Positions 23,725 to 35,962 of a DNA stretch of 64,000 bases are shown here, piece by piece. The stretch is from assembly GCF_000143415.4 (NCBI RefSeq), contig NW_003314264.1:4143229-4207228 (forward strand), in the 5' to 3' direction. The stretch is from Selaginella moellendorffii. Taxonomy: Eukaryota; Plantae; Lycopodiophyta. Made by a program: the position numbers and the translations under genes. Below the pieces are notes generated by a model. The model ran no database searches. It worked only from the letters and a program-made list of their open reading frames with translations, and had not been told where the DNA came from. Every line of letters begins with the position of its first letter. The first letter of the stretch is position 1.

Positions 23725-25704
23725 CTATGCGGTCATGCCATACAGGTTGGAAAGAAGTACATAAGCCGAGGAGTCCTTGGAGTTGAGGCCCAGAACCGAT
23801 TTGGCGGCTTTGGCACCGTGTTGGAGGCTGCTGTGGCTTCTACACGCTCCAAGGAAGCACCTCCATTCGAATGGATCCGGCACAAAAGGCATGTTTGCGA
23901 GGAGATCTTGCGCGTCGCTGAGCCGGGCAGCTCGGCCCAGAAGATCAACCACGCAGCAGTAGTGCTGCTTGGTGGGTTCCAGTCCGTAATCCACGATCAT
24001 GGACGCGAAGCACGACTTGCCGAGGTAGAGCTTCCCGGCGTGATTGCATGCGAGCAGTGCCAGGACGAAGCAAGTCTCGTCCGGCGAATCCACCGTCTTC
24101 ATCGTGTAGAAGGCGTCAAAGACATTTGCGGAGCATCCGGTCTGCGTGTAGAGTGTCATCATTGCCCCCCACGACGCGACATTCTGTGTCGGCATCCTGT
24201 CAAAGATCTTCTTGGCGTGGCTGATGTTTCCTGCCTGGGAGCACACCGACAGCATCGCCGTGTAGGAGAATGTGTCGTGCTCCGGCATGGCGTGGAACAT
24301 TCTCACGGCCTCCTCCAGATGCCCGTTCTGGGCATATGCATTGAGCATAGCGTTTCTACATACGAGATTCTGGTCTGGCATTTCGTCAAAGATCTTCTTT
24401 GCGTGCTCAAGATGCCTGTTTTGCGTGTACGCGGCGAGCATCGCAGTAGAGACTATGAGATTCTTTTCTGGTATGGACTGAAAGATAGCTTCCGCAAGAT
24501 GAAGCTGCCCGCTTTGGGCATATGTGGAGAGCATCGCGGTCGAGGCTACAACATCTCTTTCCGGCATTTCGTTGAACATCCTCTCGGCATCTGAATATTT
24601 TCCCGCTTCGGCATATGCGGTCAGCAATGCCGTTGACGAGACTAAGTCCCGCTGAGGCATGCTGAAGAAGATTCTCTTGGCATCGTCGAGATGCCCGTTC
24701 ATGGTATATGCGGCAAGCATTGCAGTTGTGGTGGCCAGGTTGCAGAAAGGCATTCTCTGATAAACTAGCCATGCCTTGGCAACATGACCCGTTTGAGCGT
24801 AAAGAGAGAGAATTGCCGTCGAAGACACCATGTCGTGGAATGGCATTCTCCCGAGAAAGATTCTTTCGGCACCTTCCAGATGCCCGTTTACGGCAAATGC
24901 CGTGACCATAGCTGTTGTTGAGACGAGATCTTGCTCCGGCATGGAATCAAACAATCGCTTTGCGGACTCAAGCTTTCCAGCGTCTGCATACGCATTGAGT
25001 ATCTCAGTAGAAGATACCACATTGTGTTCTGGCATGCTTTTGAAGACCTGAATGGCTCTCTCGAGATACCCTGATTGGGTATATGCCGTTAGCAAGGTGT
25101 TCCACGTCATAAGATTCCTTTGCTCCATGCGCTCAAAGAGATTCCTGGAATCAAAAACATTTCCCTCTTGTGCGTAGGCACCAAGCATCGCGGTTGACGA
25201 GACAACGTCGTGCTCTGGCATGGAATCAAACACGAGTTTTGCTGCAAAAACATGCCCTGTTTGGGCAAATGCCGCAACCAGTGAAGTCCACGAAATCGTG
25301 TCCCGTGCTGGCATTTCCTCGAACAGCGCTTGCGCGTCTGTGAGAAACCCCTGTTGGGCGAATGCAACGATGATCTGGGTCCAAGAGAACAGATTCCTCG
25401 CGGGCATTCGATCGAAGATGCCCCTGGCGCTGTCCAATTGCCGGTTTTGAGTGTACGCCGTGAGCATGAAATCCCAGGAGAAGGAGTCCCTGGCATCGTC
25501 GTCGAGGGTGTTAAACACCTCCTCTGCCTGTGGGAGATTCCCGTGCTTGCCATGGAGCTTGAGGAGCCTGTTGGAGACGAATGCGTCCCAGCGGAGAATG
25601 TGGGCGGGGATTCGAGTGTGGATGTGTTTGGCGAGCGTGGAAGTGCCGCACGAATCGATGAGCTCAATGCATTGCCTTCTATCCAGGACATTGGCAATGG
25701 CCAT
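23725..25704 (-). CDS. Intronless PLS-class pentatricopeptide repeat protein: SS array + P2-L2-S2-E1 + truncated E2, no DYW
   Basis: About 14 tandem 31-aa motifs (e.g. VVSSTAMLGAYAQEGNVFDSRNLFERMEQRN), then HYCCVVDLLGRA, W..FLGAC, SAYVLLSNLY. Confidence 0.95.
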   Translation of the reverse strand: MAIANVLDRRQCIELIDSCGTSTLAKHIHTRIPAHILRWDAFVSNRLLKLHGKHGNLPQAEEVFNTLDDDARDSFSWDFMLTAYTQNRQLDSARGIFDRMPARNLFSWTQIIVAFAQQGFLTDAQALFEEMPARDTISWTSLVAAFAQTGHVFAAKLVFDSMPEHDVVSSTAMLGAYAQEGNVFDSRNLFERMEQRNLMTWNTLLTAYTQSGYLERAIQVFKSMPEHNVVSSTEILNAYADAGKLESAKRLFDSMPEQDLVSTTAMVTAFAVNGHLEGAERIFLGRMPFHDMVSSTAILSLYAQTGHVAKAWLVYQRMPFCNLATTTAMLAAYTMNGHLDDAKRIFFSMPQRDLVSSTALLTAYAEAGKYSDAERMFNEMPERDVVASTAMLSTYAQSGQLHLAEAIFQSIPEKNLIVSTAMLAAYTQNRHLEHAKKIFDEMPDQNLVCRNAMLNAYAQNGHLEEAVRMFHAMPEHDTFSYTAMLSVCSQAGNISHAKKIFDRMPTQNVASWGAMMTLYTQTGCSANVFDAFYTMKTVDSPDETCFVLALLACNHAGKLYLGKSCFASMIVDYGLEPTKQHYCCVVDLLGRAARLSDAQDLLANMPFVPDPFEWRCFLGACRSHSSLQHGAKAAKSVLGLNSKDSSAYVLLSNLYGMTA

Positions 25705-25857
25705 GCCATCTAAAGCTCCAAGATTTGCCCTGGAAGATTATCATACGCCACAATCGCATTGTCTAGGCAAGCTCTGGAAGCTCTTGCGAGCCGCGATGAT
25801 CGGTCTGTGAGCGCCTCAATCGCGTCTCCCCACATTCCCGCCCATCCTGGCTTGCTA

Positions 25858-25882
25858 AAACCCTAAGATTGCTTTAGGGTTT
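25858..25882. promoter_or_regulatory. Inverted pair of telo-boxes in the divergent PPR / RRM-like gene promoter
   Basis: AAACCCTAA-gattgct-TTAGGGTTT. Confidence 0.65.
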
Positions 25883-25905
25883 ATTGGTGTGATGAGCTCG
25901 TGGCT

Positions 25906-28200
25906 ATGGCGGGCATGATGCTCCTAGCGAAGAAGATCGGCGCCATTCCGGTGCTGAGCAAGGGCGCCGCGGCGGGAGCTCTCGGAATCTCCAAGCGCAA
26001 TCTCTGCGCTGGCGGCGGCGGCGATGGGAGGTACATTCCCGGTATGTTTGTAGAGAATCAAGAAGGCAATCAGGAGAATCAGGCATGGCCTCCACCCACG
26101 CAAGAAGGCTTTGTGATGGACACGGGGACTCATCCACAAGCGCCACCGCCTCCTCATCCTCCTCCAACGCACGCCGGATTCGTCCAAAGCATGAGTCACT
26201 CGCACTCGAGCAATGGATTCGTGCCGGTGGTGACGCAGGGTGGATTCACGGATTACAGCTCTCCATACCAGCAGCAAGGATACTATCCTCCTCCTCCTCC
26301 TCCTCCACCACCTCCTCCTCCACAAGTTTCATACCCCTGGAACGCCCAAGCACAGCATCAACTCCATCACCACCAGCAGTATCCACCGCCGCCTGGAAGC
26401 GCTCACCCCCAGCACTACAATGTGGAACCGCAAGGATACTACCACGTCCAGCAATATAATGTGGAGCCACAGGTACTTTACAACGCTGCCCCTGTGCATC
26501 AACACTACGTCCCACCTCCTGACTATGGCTATACTTACTCACAGCAGAGTGTTCCGGCTCCTCCAGCTCCAGCTCCAGCGCCGGCATATGGTGGTCAGGA
26601 TGTCAATGCAGCGGCCACTTGGTCTGATACTTCTGCTGTTCCCACTACTACTGCTTCTCAGCTGGTGGAAAGTCACGAGACGAGCGAGCGTGTAGAGGTA
26701 CTTGGCTCGACAGAGGCTGAAACTTATGAGGCTTCGCAGGTTGGTGGATTGGAGATGAGTGCCGCAGCAGAGTTGCACGTTGAGGAGCAAAAGCAACACG
26801 AGGAGATGGAGCCGGAGGTGGTTGCTGTTCCTCCTGAATCACAACAGGTTGCTCCACCGCCGGCAGAGATGCATGAGGAGGTTCACGAGGAGGTGGCGAA
26901 AGCGGAAGCCGGTGAAGCTTTTGCTGAGGACAAAGGTGGTGAGGTGGAGATGGTTGCGGCTGTGCAAGAGCCCGAGGTGCAGGCGGAGGAGACTGGCACT
27001 GCCGAGCACGAGGCGGAGGGAGAGTCAGCGGCGGAGGAGTCACAAGAGTATGATGCGGCAGCGATGGCTATGGCTGAAGCAGGATTGCCGAGTGGCGGTG
27101 GCGTTGAGGAAAATGAAGAGGCTACCGAAGGGAGCAGTAGAGATGAAAGTGAGGCTGTGGTGGAGACTGTGGAGCATGTGGAGGAGCCTGTGAAGGGCCT
27201 GGAGTCGCTACTCGAAGTAGAGACGTCCAAGGCGCCAGCGCCACCTCCTGCCTCTCAGAACGAAAGCTTTCTGGAAATACTCTCCAAGACGAACACGAAC
27301 GTGAACGCGCGACAGGTTCCCAGGCAAAGGCCACCGCAGCTGTCGTTTCGCGCTCAAAGTAAAGTTCCAGCTCTCGGTTTGATACGTCCATTCGCGCGCT
27401 AACTTAATTCCTTTACATGGCACCAGGAAAGACGTATGCCAAGCTACATAATCTTCCGAGGCAGATACTTAAAAACGATATCGTGAATTACTTCTCGGAG
27501 CTGAATTTGCAAAAGGAGAGCGTTCACATGACTTACGATGAAAAGTTTTATCCCCTCTACGCGTGAGTATCACTTCCTTTCGGTCGTTTCGGTTTTGACA
27601 GATTGTTTCCATAGCCATATTGCCTTCGATTCGACGGAAGCTTTAAAGAATGCTGTCAAGATCCTGCAGACCAAAGGCCGTTTGGGCGGACGGATTGTCA
27701 AGATGGAATCGGTAATATCATGCTTGCTGGAGCTAATTTGCTTCTTTGTTTTCGTGATGTAGTTTGTCCAGTTCATGCCACCTACACATCCACAGATGAC
27801 CGAGCACTTGAACAAGTATCTCGGTCGAATGGTATGTCGACCATTGCTCATCCCTTGGCTTGCTAATCATCTTTTTCTCTTGGCAGCTGCTAATGCTCCA
27901 CATCCCGCCTGAAGGGAGGATCGAAGACTTGGAGCGCTTTTTCGATGGATACGGCTTTGATCCATCTGCACTGTCCATGCTAGATGCGTAAGCTCTCGTT
28001 CCTTCACCTTCCAAAACCTTATCGTTTCGCTTGCTTTCAGAGTACAAATGACGCTTGCAAGGTTTCCAAAGGAGGGCAACAGGATGGTTCGCCGGGCAGC
28101 CATTGGTTTCTGCTCGAGCTTGGAAGCAATGAGAGCTCTCCGAGAGAAACAGGGAGACTTTGTCCTGAATGAGCCCATCGAGTTGAGGTTGATCCAGTAA
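25906..28200 (+). CDS. Putative mitochondrial RNA-binding protein: transit peptide, long Pro/Gln/Tyr and Glu-rich disordered region, two C-terminal RRM-like domains (multi-exon)
   Basis: ~490-codon first exon, then short exons giving YAKLHNLPRQILKNDIVNYF, HIAFDSTEALKNAV, LLMLHIPPEGRIEDLERFFDGY, AAIGFCSSLEAMRALREKQGDFVLNEPIELRLIQ*. Confidence 0.7.
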
Positions 28201-28543
28201 ACGTTCGAACTGGCTTCTCTTTCAGTCACCACTTCCAAAAAGAAACAACTGGTTTTCTCAAAGAAGGCCCTCACGGGAGAGTCGAAATAAAGACGAATGA
28301 ACCTGCTTGGTGGCTGTGCGCTCAGCCGCTTACTTAATCTCTCCTGAGTAATTCTCTCATCCCGGAAATCTCCGTAGAGAAGTTTGTATTGTGTTGCTAG
28401 TTATATAGAATCAATATAAGACAATATATAAAACCTTTTTAGGTACTTAGTTGGAATTGAATTAAGCTCGAAGAAAGACGTCCCAACATTCGAAACAAAA
28501 ACAAAGGACCAAAAAAAACTCTCTTATTTTCGTCCAAAACCTA

Positions 28544-31500
28544 TCACCACCTTCTCGACGAGTAGCCGCTGCTTTGCTGCTGCTGGGGCTGCTGCTGCTG
28601 CTGCTGCGGTGGATTCCTCCTCGACGGTGGCTGATACTTACCAGGCTTTGGAGGCTCAGTCGTAGTCGGGGCCGGGGCTGGCGCTGGCAAATCTCTCCGC
28701 TCGGGCTCTCTCGGGTAGTCTCTCCCCGGGTTTCTCTCGGGCCCCGGATAATCTCTCCTCTCGTGGTCTCGGCTCCGCTCGTAGTCCCGGCTCCTCTCGT
28801 CCCGGAGATCTCTAGGTGGCGGTGGCTCCTTCTCCCTCCTGTCGTCGAAGCGCGACGAACGGGACGAGTCCAGTGCGCCGCTTCTGAATGGCTGAGACGA
28901 GCGCGGGAGCCCGAAAGACGACGAAGACGGTGGCGGCGCCCCTCCCTCTCTCCTTGTTGGGGTGAAGAGGCTCGACTTCTCGGTCAGGGCCTCGCGTTCC
29001 TTGCGGGCTTTCTCCTCCGCCTCCGCTTCTCGCTGCCGTTGCTTGGCGGCCATCTCGTCGAGTTTGGCCTTCCTCTCGGCCTCTTCCACCTTACGCCTTT
29101 CCTCCTCTGCAAGACAAGTTGTTAGATTCTTTCTTGCAACGAAGTAAATCACATACCTTGTCTCCTGCGAGCCTCCTCCTCTTCTCTCAGTCTCATGAGG
29201 CGCGCCTCCTCTTGGATGCGATAGTACTCCATCTTCCTTCGTCGTTCTCTCTCTTGCCTCCGCAGGGATCTCTCCTCTGCAATCCTTTCCTCTCGAATTC
29301 TCATCTGGCGTTCAAATTCACCTCTGCGGCGGCTCGAAACCTCGTTTTGAACATCCTCCTGCAAAAAGCTTTAAGTACAGCCGAACACAAAAATGCAGGC
29401 TCATTCACCTTATCTTGTTGCATTCTTAGCAGTCTTTCCTTCTCACGGAGGTCTTCGGAGTGTTGCAGCCTACTCTGCTCAACGGCCAGCTGCAAACACC
29501 ACAGATTGATTTAGTTAAAGATCACAAATAAGCCCAGTACCTTCTGCTGCTCCTCGAAATAAATTCGATCATCTTCTTGGCGCTTCAAGTACATAGCTTG
29601 AATCAGAGGGCGCTCTTCTTCACGCTTTGCTCTTTCGTAATGATCCACTGTCTTCGCAAGTTTTTGGAGCCTACGGTCTAGCTCCTCGCGCTCCTTCTTT
29701 TGATCCAAGAGCACTTGCTGCATTATGGCCTCTTTCGTTTTCGGCTTATCCTGAGAAGAGCCACATCAATAACATATGGTAAGAAGTTCAGCCTCATCCT
29801 TACCAGGTCAGTCGGTTTCTTTTTGAGCCTTCCCTTCTGCTTGTCCAACAGAAGTTTCGCATCTTCAATCTCCTTCTCCTCAATTTCCCTCTTTACTCTT
29901 TCCTCCACCCTTTGCTCGGATTCCCGCTGCAACCTTAATCTTTCCTGGTCCTCGAGACTCTTTTGCTTCTGCTGTCTTCTGATTTCCTCCTCGCGTTCCT
30001 GAAATAACGCATAAGAATACTTCGAATGCCAAAAAACCACGCATACCGCTTCTAAAATTTGTTTCTCCTGGTCCTCCTTTCTCTTCTCAATGATCACTTT
30101 ACGGGCCAAAAGTCGCTTATGGTCCTTTTCCACAATGGAAAGAAGCTCAGAGAAACGTTGTTCGGGTCTTTTAGTAGGTTGTTGCATGAGACCTATGGCC
30201 TTGTTAAGTCGCTTCGCCAAAATTGTAAGATGGTTTTTGATCTTTTCAGACTCTAGATCCTGCGTAAGTGTAAAGCCATGTTGGACACGGAAATCAAAGG
30301 ATGTAAACATACCTGACTGCCAAAATGAACGACACCCTTCCCGTGATCAATTTTCATCTGAACGAAATTGTACTTTGCAGCATCTACAGCAAGCTTCTCA
30401 ACCACAGTAAAGCTGTAGAAAGGTATCATGTTGCTGAGGTTTGTGATTCGCATCGTCTGATACACTTGCGAAACCTGCACACAGAGTATGAGATTGCCCA
30501 CAAACTTGATTACGACAATACCTGCTGCAAAACTCTCAACGTAGTAAGGTTCTGCAATGCTGGAATAAACTCCTCAAGAAGAACTTCGGGAACTGGAGAA
30601 GCTGCTGAAAGCTTATCTCCAAGCTTAGGTAGCTTCGCGAGAAGAGGTTGCACTTTCGTGGCAAGATCCAGAGGGTGGAACTCGTTTTCTAACAAACAGT
30701 ACAAGTCCTTCACCTCAGGCAGGACGTACGTCAACACTCCTTTGGATATCTGCTTAAAGAGACCGTTGGCAAGTGTGACGTGAATTCAGCTGATAACTTA
30801 CCAGATCAGAGAGCAAAGCAGAGCGGGATAGCTGCATCAAGCACGGTTAGTTTCGACAAGAAAGACGAAAGAGCTTAGCACATAAACGAGCTTACCGCTT
30901 CGCGGTTGTCACGTTTAGGATCCAACGAGAACCCGAGAAGGTTAGCCATTCTCACGTTCCTGTCCTTCTCAATCTCGAGTTCGAAATGATGAGCTCCATG
31001 CTTTCTATCGTACGGTTGAACCGAAATTGTCGAGAGCAGGACGGATGAAGCCATCAGTTGCAGATCCTTCGGAGTGAGGTTCTTGTTGTAACTCTTTTGA
31101 AGATTATAGAGCTTATACCAAGCATAACCATGGTACAGATGGCTTTGAGAAACCCAGAAGATCTTTATCAATTTAGCATAGTAGATAGCCATCATCTGAG
31201 GTTTCGGAGATTTTTTAACCATCGACATTAGCCCATGAATGTCCTCTATCGTTCGAAATGCTTCCTGCATTCAAGCAGTTAGAAACTTGAACATTCGCTC
31301 TTCCGAAATTGAAGAAATACTAACCTGCCAGAGCTCGAGCTCCGTTGCAACTTTCAGCTGTTCTAGACGAGTATCGAGATAAAGCTGCAAACTCTCCGGA
31401 AGCGTCAAATCCGGCCTGTCTCTCTGGTCTCTGTACTTGTTGAGATTAGCCAGGTGATTCCTCAAGATCTCACAAAGGCGGCGAAACTCAGTAGTCCGCT

Positions 31501-32193
31501 TGTATTGCAAGCAGAACTGGAACGCACGGTGAGCAGTCATCTGCCAGACAATAACAGACCACCAGAAATCAGAACGAATGCAAATGAACAGGCATACTTA
31601 CAGCGTACAAGCTCTCCAGCTTCGAATTGTTGCGAAGGATCTCCAGCACTGTCCTGTAAGTCTCCCACAAGAACTTAAACCACGGCGTGACGAGCTCTCT
31701 GTCGGATCTCTCCTTCCCCTTCTCACCGCTCACGTAGCTGAGCATCAGATCCTCCGGAGTCTTCTCAGCCTCAAGGTCCTCCACATCGAAAGTCACCACG
31801 GCAGCCTCCGCTTGGGCCTGGGCTTGCTCCGCCCGCTCGCTGGAAAGGTGCATAAAGTGCTTGATCACCTCTTCCAGAGAGCTCACGTTCACTTGCTGGC
31901 AAGCTATGCGGTACTGGATGAGACCATCCTTTGCAAATCGGCCGCGTCTCATGTCCACGCACAGCTCCACGTACTTGAACATAATCTTCTCCAGCGGCTT
32001 CTGCCACGCCCGATACCGCTTGGAGGTGATGAGATCGTGGAGAGCCTGGAGCGCAGCCGCCTTTTGCCCCACATTCATCAATTCTGGAGCAGCGATTGTC
32101 AATCCCCGAGCTGCGACACGAAATTTCACGAGAAGGACAGAGATTACCTTCCGCTCGCTTGAGAGCATTCTCTGGCTTGGCGAAGGTCGCCAT
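28544..32193 (-). CDS. TIF3A1: Eukaryotic translation initiation factor 3 subunit A, multi-exon
   Basis: [15 protein letters not shown]|[45 protein letters not shown] region, charged helical region and RD/RE-rich tail. Confidence 0.96.
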
Positions 32194-32315
32194 GGCGCCG
32201 CGCCCCCGCTACGAAGAACACACCAGCAGCCTTACTAGGGCTCAAAACCCTTAGGGCAGGCGGGGTAATCCTACGGCTTAAAATTACTCCAATCTCAACC
32301 GACCGATAGAATTAT

Positions 32316-34395
32316 TCACGAAATCGACGGCCGCGATCGGGCTCTACAGATGACTTGTTTGCAAGCCAGTTCCTCGTCGACGAGCCAAAGGCCCGCCGCT
32401 TCTAAGGCTTGCTTCGTCCCATTTTGCTCCCGAGAACTCTCCGGACGAAGCAAAATTCGAGCTCCTGCCGGCGCTGTCCAGTTCTTCGAGACCAAAGTCT
32501 CGGCGGGAGCTCCAATTTTGACGCTCCCGGCACCGCTCCACAGAGCCATCCCCAGCGAGAACTTTTTCTCGCGAAGTAACTCCTCCAGCGTCTTCATGAA
32601 GACTTTCGTCTTGTCGCAGCTCCTCGCGAAGAACAAGCCACTGTGGAAGCTCTTCCCGACTAGAACTGCCAGGATCTCTTCGTCCAAGCTCGTGTTGCTG
32701 CTTGACAGAGGATGACTGGGCCAAGTGACGTCGGGTCTCGCAAACCAGACGCTGTATCCCATTGCTATAATGTGCTGCATCGCTCGGATCGAATAGATTG
32801 TACCGTGATCATCTTCTTTCTCTTCGTCTCCTCCCGGTGTTTCGTCAGTCAGCAACACAGGATGGCCTCGTCTCGCAAGCTCACTCGAAGTGTTGTAGTC
32901 TCGTCCCAGCAGGAGATAATTCTTCGTCCTCAAAACAGCCATTTGACACAGCCAGTTCCTGACCAGTTCATCGTCCACACCAACGCTGTTAACCAGGATA
33001 ACTTCATTCTCCGAGTGAATATCCGAGAGTAGCGCTTCCAGGTGTTTGAAGCCATTGAGAAGCCTGTTCCGGAAAACCTGGTGGAAGCAGTAGTCGTACC
33101 ATTTGAGCGTTGATAATGCCGGTATTTCCCACATGTCGATATCAGGAGTCCCGTGTCTCTTGATCAGTTTGGAGTCCGGTCCAGCATCCTTGTGATAATT
33201 GACACCTCGAGTCCGGTGGGAAACGCTTAACGCTCTTCCTCTGAGAAAGTTTGTGTAAACGTTGAAATAGCCATGAGAGTGGACGAACTTCAGAAACCAG
33301 GGCGTCCATATGTTGTTGCCGAGTTTCTTGTACCAGTCTGTCGTAACCATCCCGTCTATAATTGGCTCGATCTCTTTGGTTTTGTGCTCGTCAAACCACT
33401 GCCGAAATTCCCTCCAGGGTTTTGGGAAGAGGATCTGTCCCCATGTTCCAACAAGCTGGTAAAGAAACAAACGGGTGCTGTTGTCCAGCGCAATACGATT
33501 TCCTCCTTTACCTGCATCTTAAGTTAGCAACCAGATCGAGGTGACAATAAACGGACTTACCTGGAACAAACCTCGGCCTCTGAAGTGTAATGCCGAAAAT
33601 GGAAGGATCAAAATTTGCGGGATCGTAGTAATACTTAGCAATGACGCTGCGCACGTATCGGTAGTACAACGGAGACAACTGCATGTCGTCCTCGACGACA
33701 AGAGCAAACTGGTGATCGGATGAAGGCCACCACGCTTCCAGCCACTGAACTTGAAGACCAACGTTTTGCGTTCGATAGTGCACCTGCTTAGAACCGTGCG
33801 GCCACTTGAATCTGTCCAGAAAATTCAACAACTGCCGAGCCTGCTGTAAATTCCTTTCTACGGGATCGCTGCTTAGCTCTATCTCTTCTGGCTCGATCTC
33901 AGCTTCATCTTGCATGTTGATCACCCCGACCTCAGTGCTATTAACGCTTGCTGGACCATAGTCCTCGATGTTGTCAGCTTGAGACAACAATCTTCGGCTA
34001 GACGCGTTTGCTGCTGCTGCTGCTGCTACAGGCTTGAAGTGGTCGAGATGCACAACAAGATTGACTGTGTCACTGCCGTAGTCTGCAATGGCCAGAGACC
34101 TCAAACATCTTCGTAGCGAGTCATATCTGTCGTACGCGAGAACCTGGATGACAAACTCAAACTTCTTGCTCACAACATTCCTGTCCTCCTCTTCTTGACT
34201 CGGTGGTGCGAAGCTAAGCCAGTCGAGAACCGCCGTAACCGGGAGGCTTCTTCGAAGAACGGGTCTTCCAGCCCCATGGAAAGTGAGACTAGCAAAGGTG
34301 CCGATGGAGATGAGTCCAAGGAGTAGGATGCAGGTCTTCCGCTGGCACAGCTGAAGGACCTGCTGAAGAGACCAGTGCTTCCGCCTGCCTCTCAT
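32316..34395 (-). CDS. Type II membrane glycosyltransferase-like protein (GT-A fold with a C-terminal nucleotide-diphospho-sugar transferase-like region), 2 exons
   Basis: N-terminal TM helix, VLAYDRYDSLRRCLRSL, QWLEAWWP, VVEDDMQLSPLYY, FLYQLVGTWGQ, IWTPWF; intron about 33512-33560. Confidence 0.8.
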
Positions 34396-34584
34396 CTCTC
34401 ACCACCGGGAGAACCGAGCTCACTATTAATCCTACATTCCTTCTACTCCAGCTAGCGTACCTGTCAACACCCAATGTTCCATTCGCGCTCAAAAACTTTG
34501 CTGGAGCCCTAGTGCCCTGAGATCTGTTTGCTTTAGCACGCTCGCCACGTGGAAAGTGTCCTGTTTTTAATTTTTCCCCTTCTA

Positions 34585-35855
34585 TCAAGAGCGCGTTAGT
34601 CGACCAAAATTATCTCTGTTCCACTTTCCTGATTTTTGGTGTGAGCCACAGTTGTAGGTGAAGCATGCCCCTTCTTCGTGGACGCAGCTGGAGAGCAAAT
34701 CCTGTGCTTCTGACCACGCCTTGTCAAAACAGCCTGTTCCTGATGCCAGAACGTTGCGTTGTCGAGCTAGCCGGCCCCTCTTTGACACAGGTGTCCACAG
34801 CTCCCAAGTTCCAGCGGCATGTTCGTTGACAAGATATGAGTGACCCGGTTGTTGGAACGATAGAATGATCCTCAGAAAAAGGATGATCGCGTGGATCACG
34901 GCTCCAAGAACTGCAATGGAAGCCAGGTGCCAGGACTTGAGAACCTGATAGCCGAAGAGCATGCAGCATGCGCAGCTTAGTTCTTCTTCGTCTTCTTGTT
35001 CTTCTTCTGAAGAAACAAGCAATGAATCCCGTAAAGATAAGGTGAAATTTTCACCTGTACCAACAAAACGCATTGTTGTAGCCATTCAAGTGCTTCAACC
35101 GAGAAAATTACCAGAATCGTATGAGTTTGGGCATGTTGGCTCGTCCCTTGGAAGACAGAGATCCAGTCGTTGGAACTGTGATTGCAAAGCAACTACTGGT
35201 AAAAGCCTTCTGGGACTCTCGTGTTCGTCCACTGACAAAGAACAAGAAACTGAAAACTGAAAACTCGAAGTGCCAAGGCGATCAAGCAAACCTGTCTGGG
35301 ACGAACATTTTTCTGGAGCTGGTCCCGTAAGAACAGCATCCGCATGGTAACCCCCAGAATCTAAGGTAACAGTGAAGATGCAAGTGAATAAAAAGAAGAA
35401 AAACTATACGTGAAGCACCTACCATCTACGACGAATACCCGCCACCATAAAATCGGAGCTTGTTGATCAGTCGAGACATCTATCTTAACAATTCCCTGAG
35501 ACCCAAGAAAGGGCTCCAATGGAACCTTGAGAACATAGAAATTGCTCGCCAATAAGCTCCTCCACACCTAGTATTATAGAAACGATGAAAAGAACCTGTC
35601 GACGTAGAAAGAAAAACTACCTGATCACGAATGGACACCGAGATCTGTAGCGGGCACAAATCACTGCTGAAGTTCTCGAGCTTGATGTCTACATGCCTGG
35701 AAATCAAGATCACAAGCTGATTCACGGGAGAAGAAGCGCCGAGCGTACCCGAAGACGGCGAATCCGGCTCGAGCTCTCGATGCCACGGCGCCATCGAGCC
35801 CCGTGAATGCGACGAAGAGGAGGACGAAATAACCTAAGGCGGACATTCCCGCCAT
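34585..35855 (-). CDS. Uncharacterised protein with signal peptide and C-terminal TM helix, multi-exon
   Basis: Hydrophobic N-terminus MAGMSALGYFVLLFVAFTG; canonical short GT-AG introns link the ORF pieces; TM segment WHLASIAVLGAVIHAIILFLRIIL. Confidence 0.65.
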
Positions 35856-35962
35856 AGCTTGCCCTTTGAAATGAAGGGCAATCGGACGGCTATAATGCTC
35901 CCATTCAACGATAGATTCGTTTCTTTCATCTTGTTGGGGCTTGCGCGAAGGCGACGACGACC

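Noticed and set aside
23818-24594. 258-aa ORF antisense to the PPR gene, and similar antisense ORFs over NPH3, eIF3A and the GT-like gene
   Set aside because: Shadow ORFs of GC-rich coding strands with no recognisable motifs
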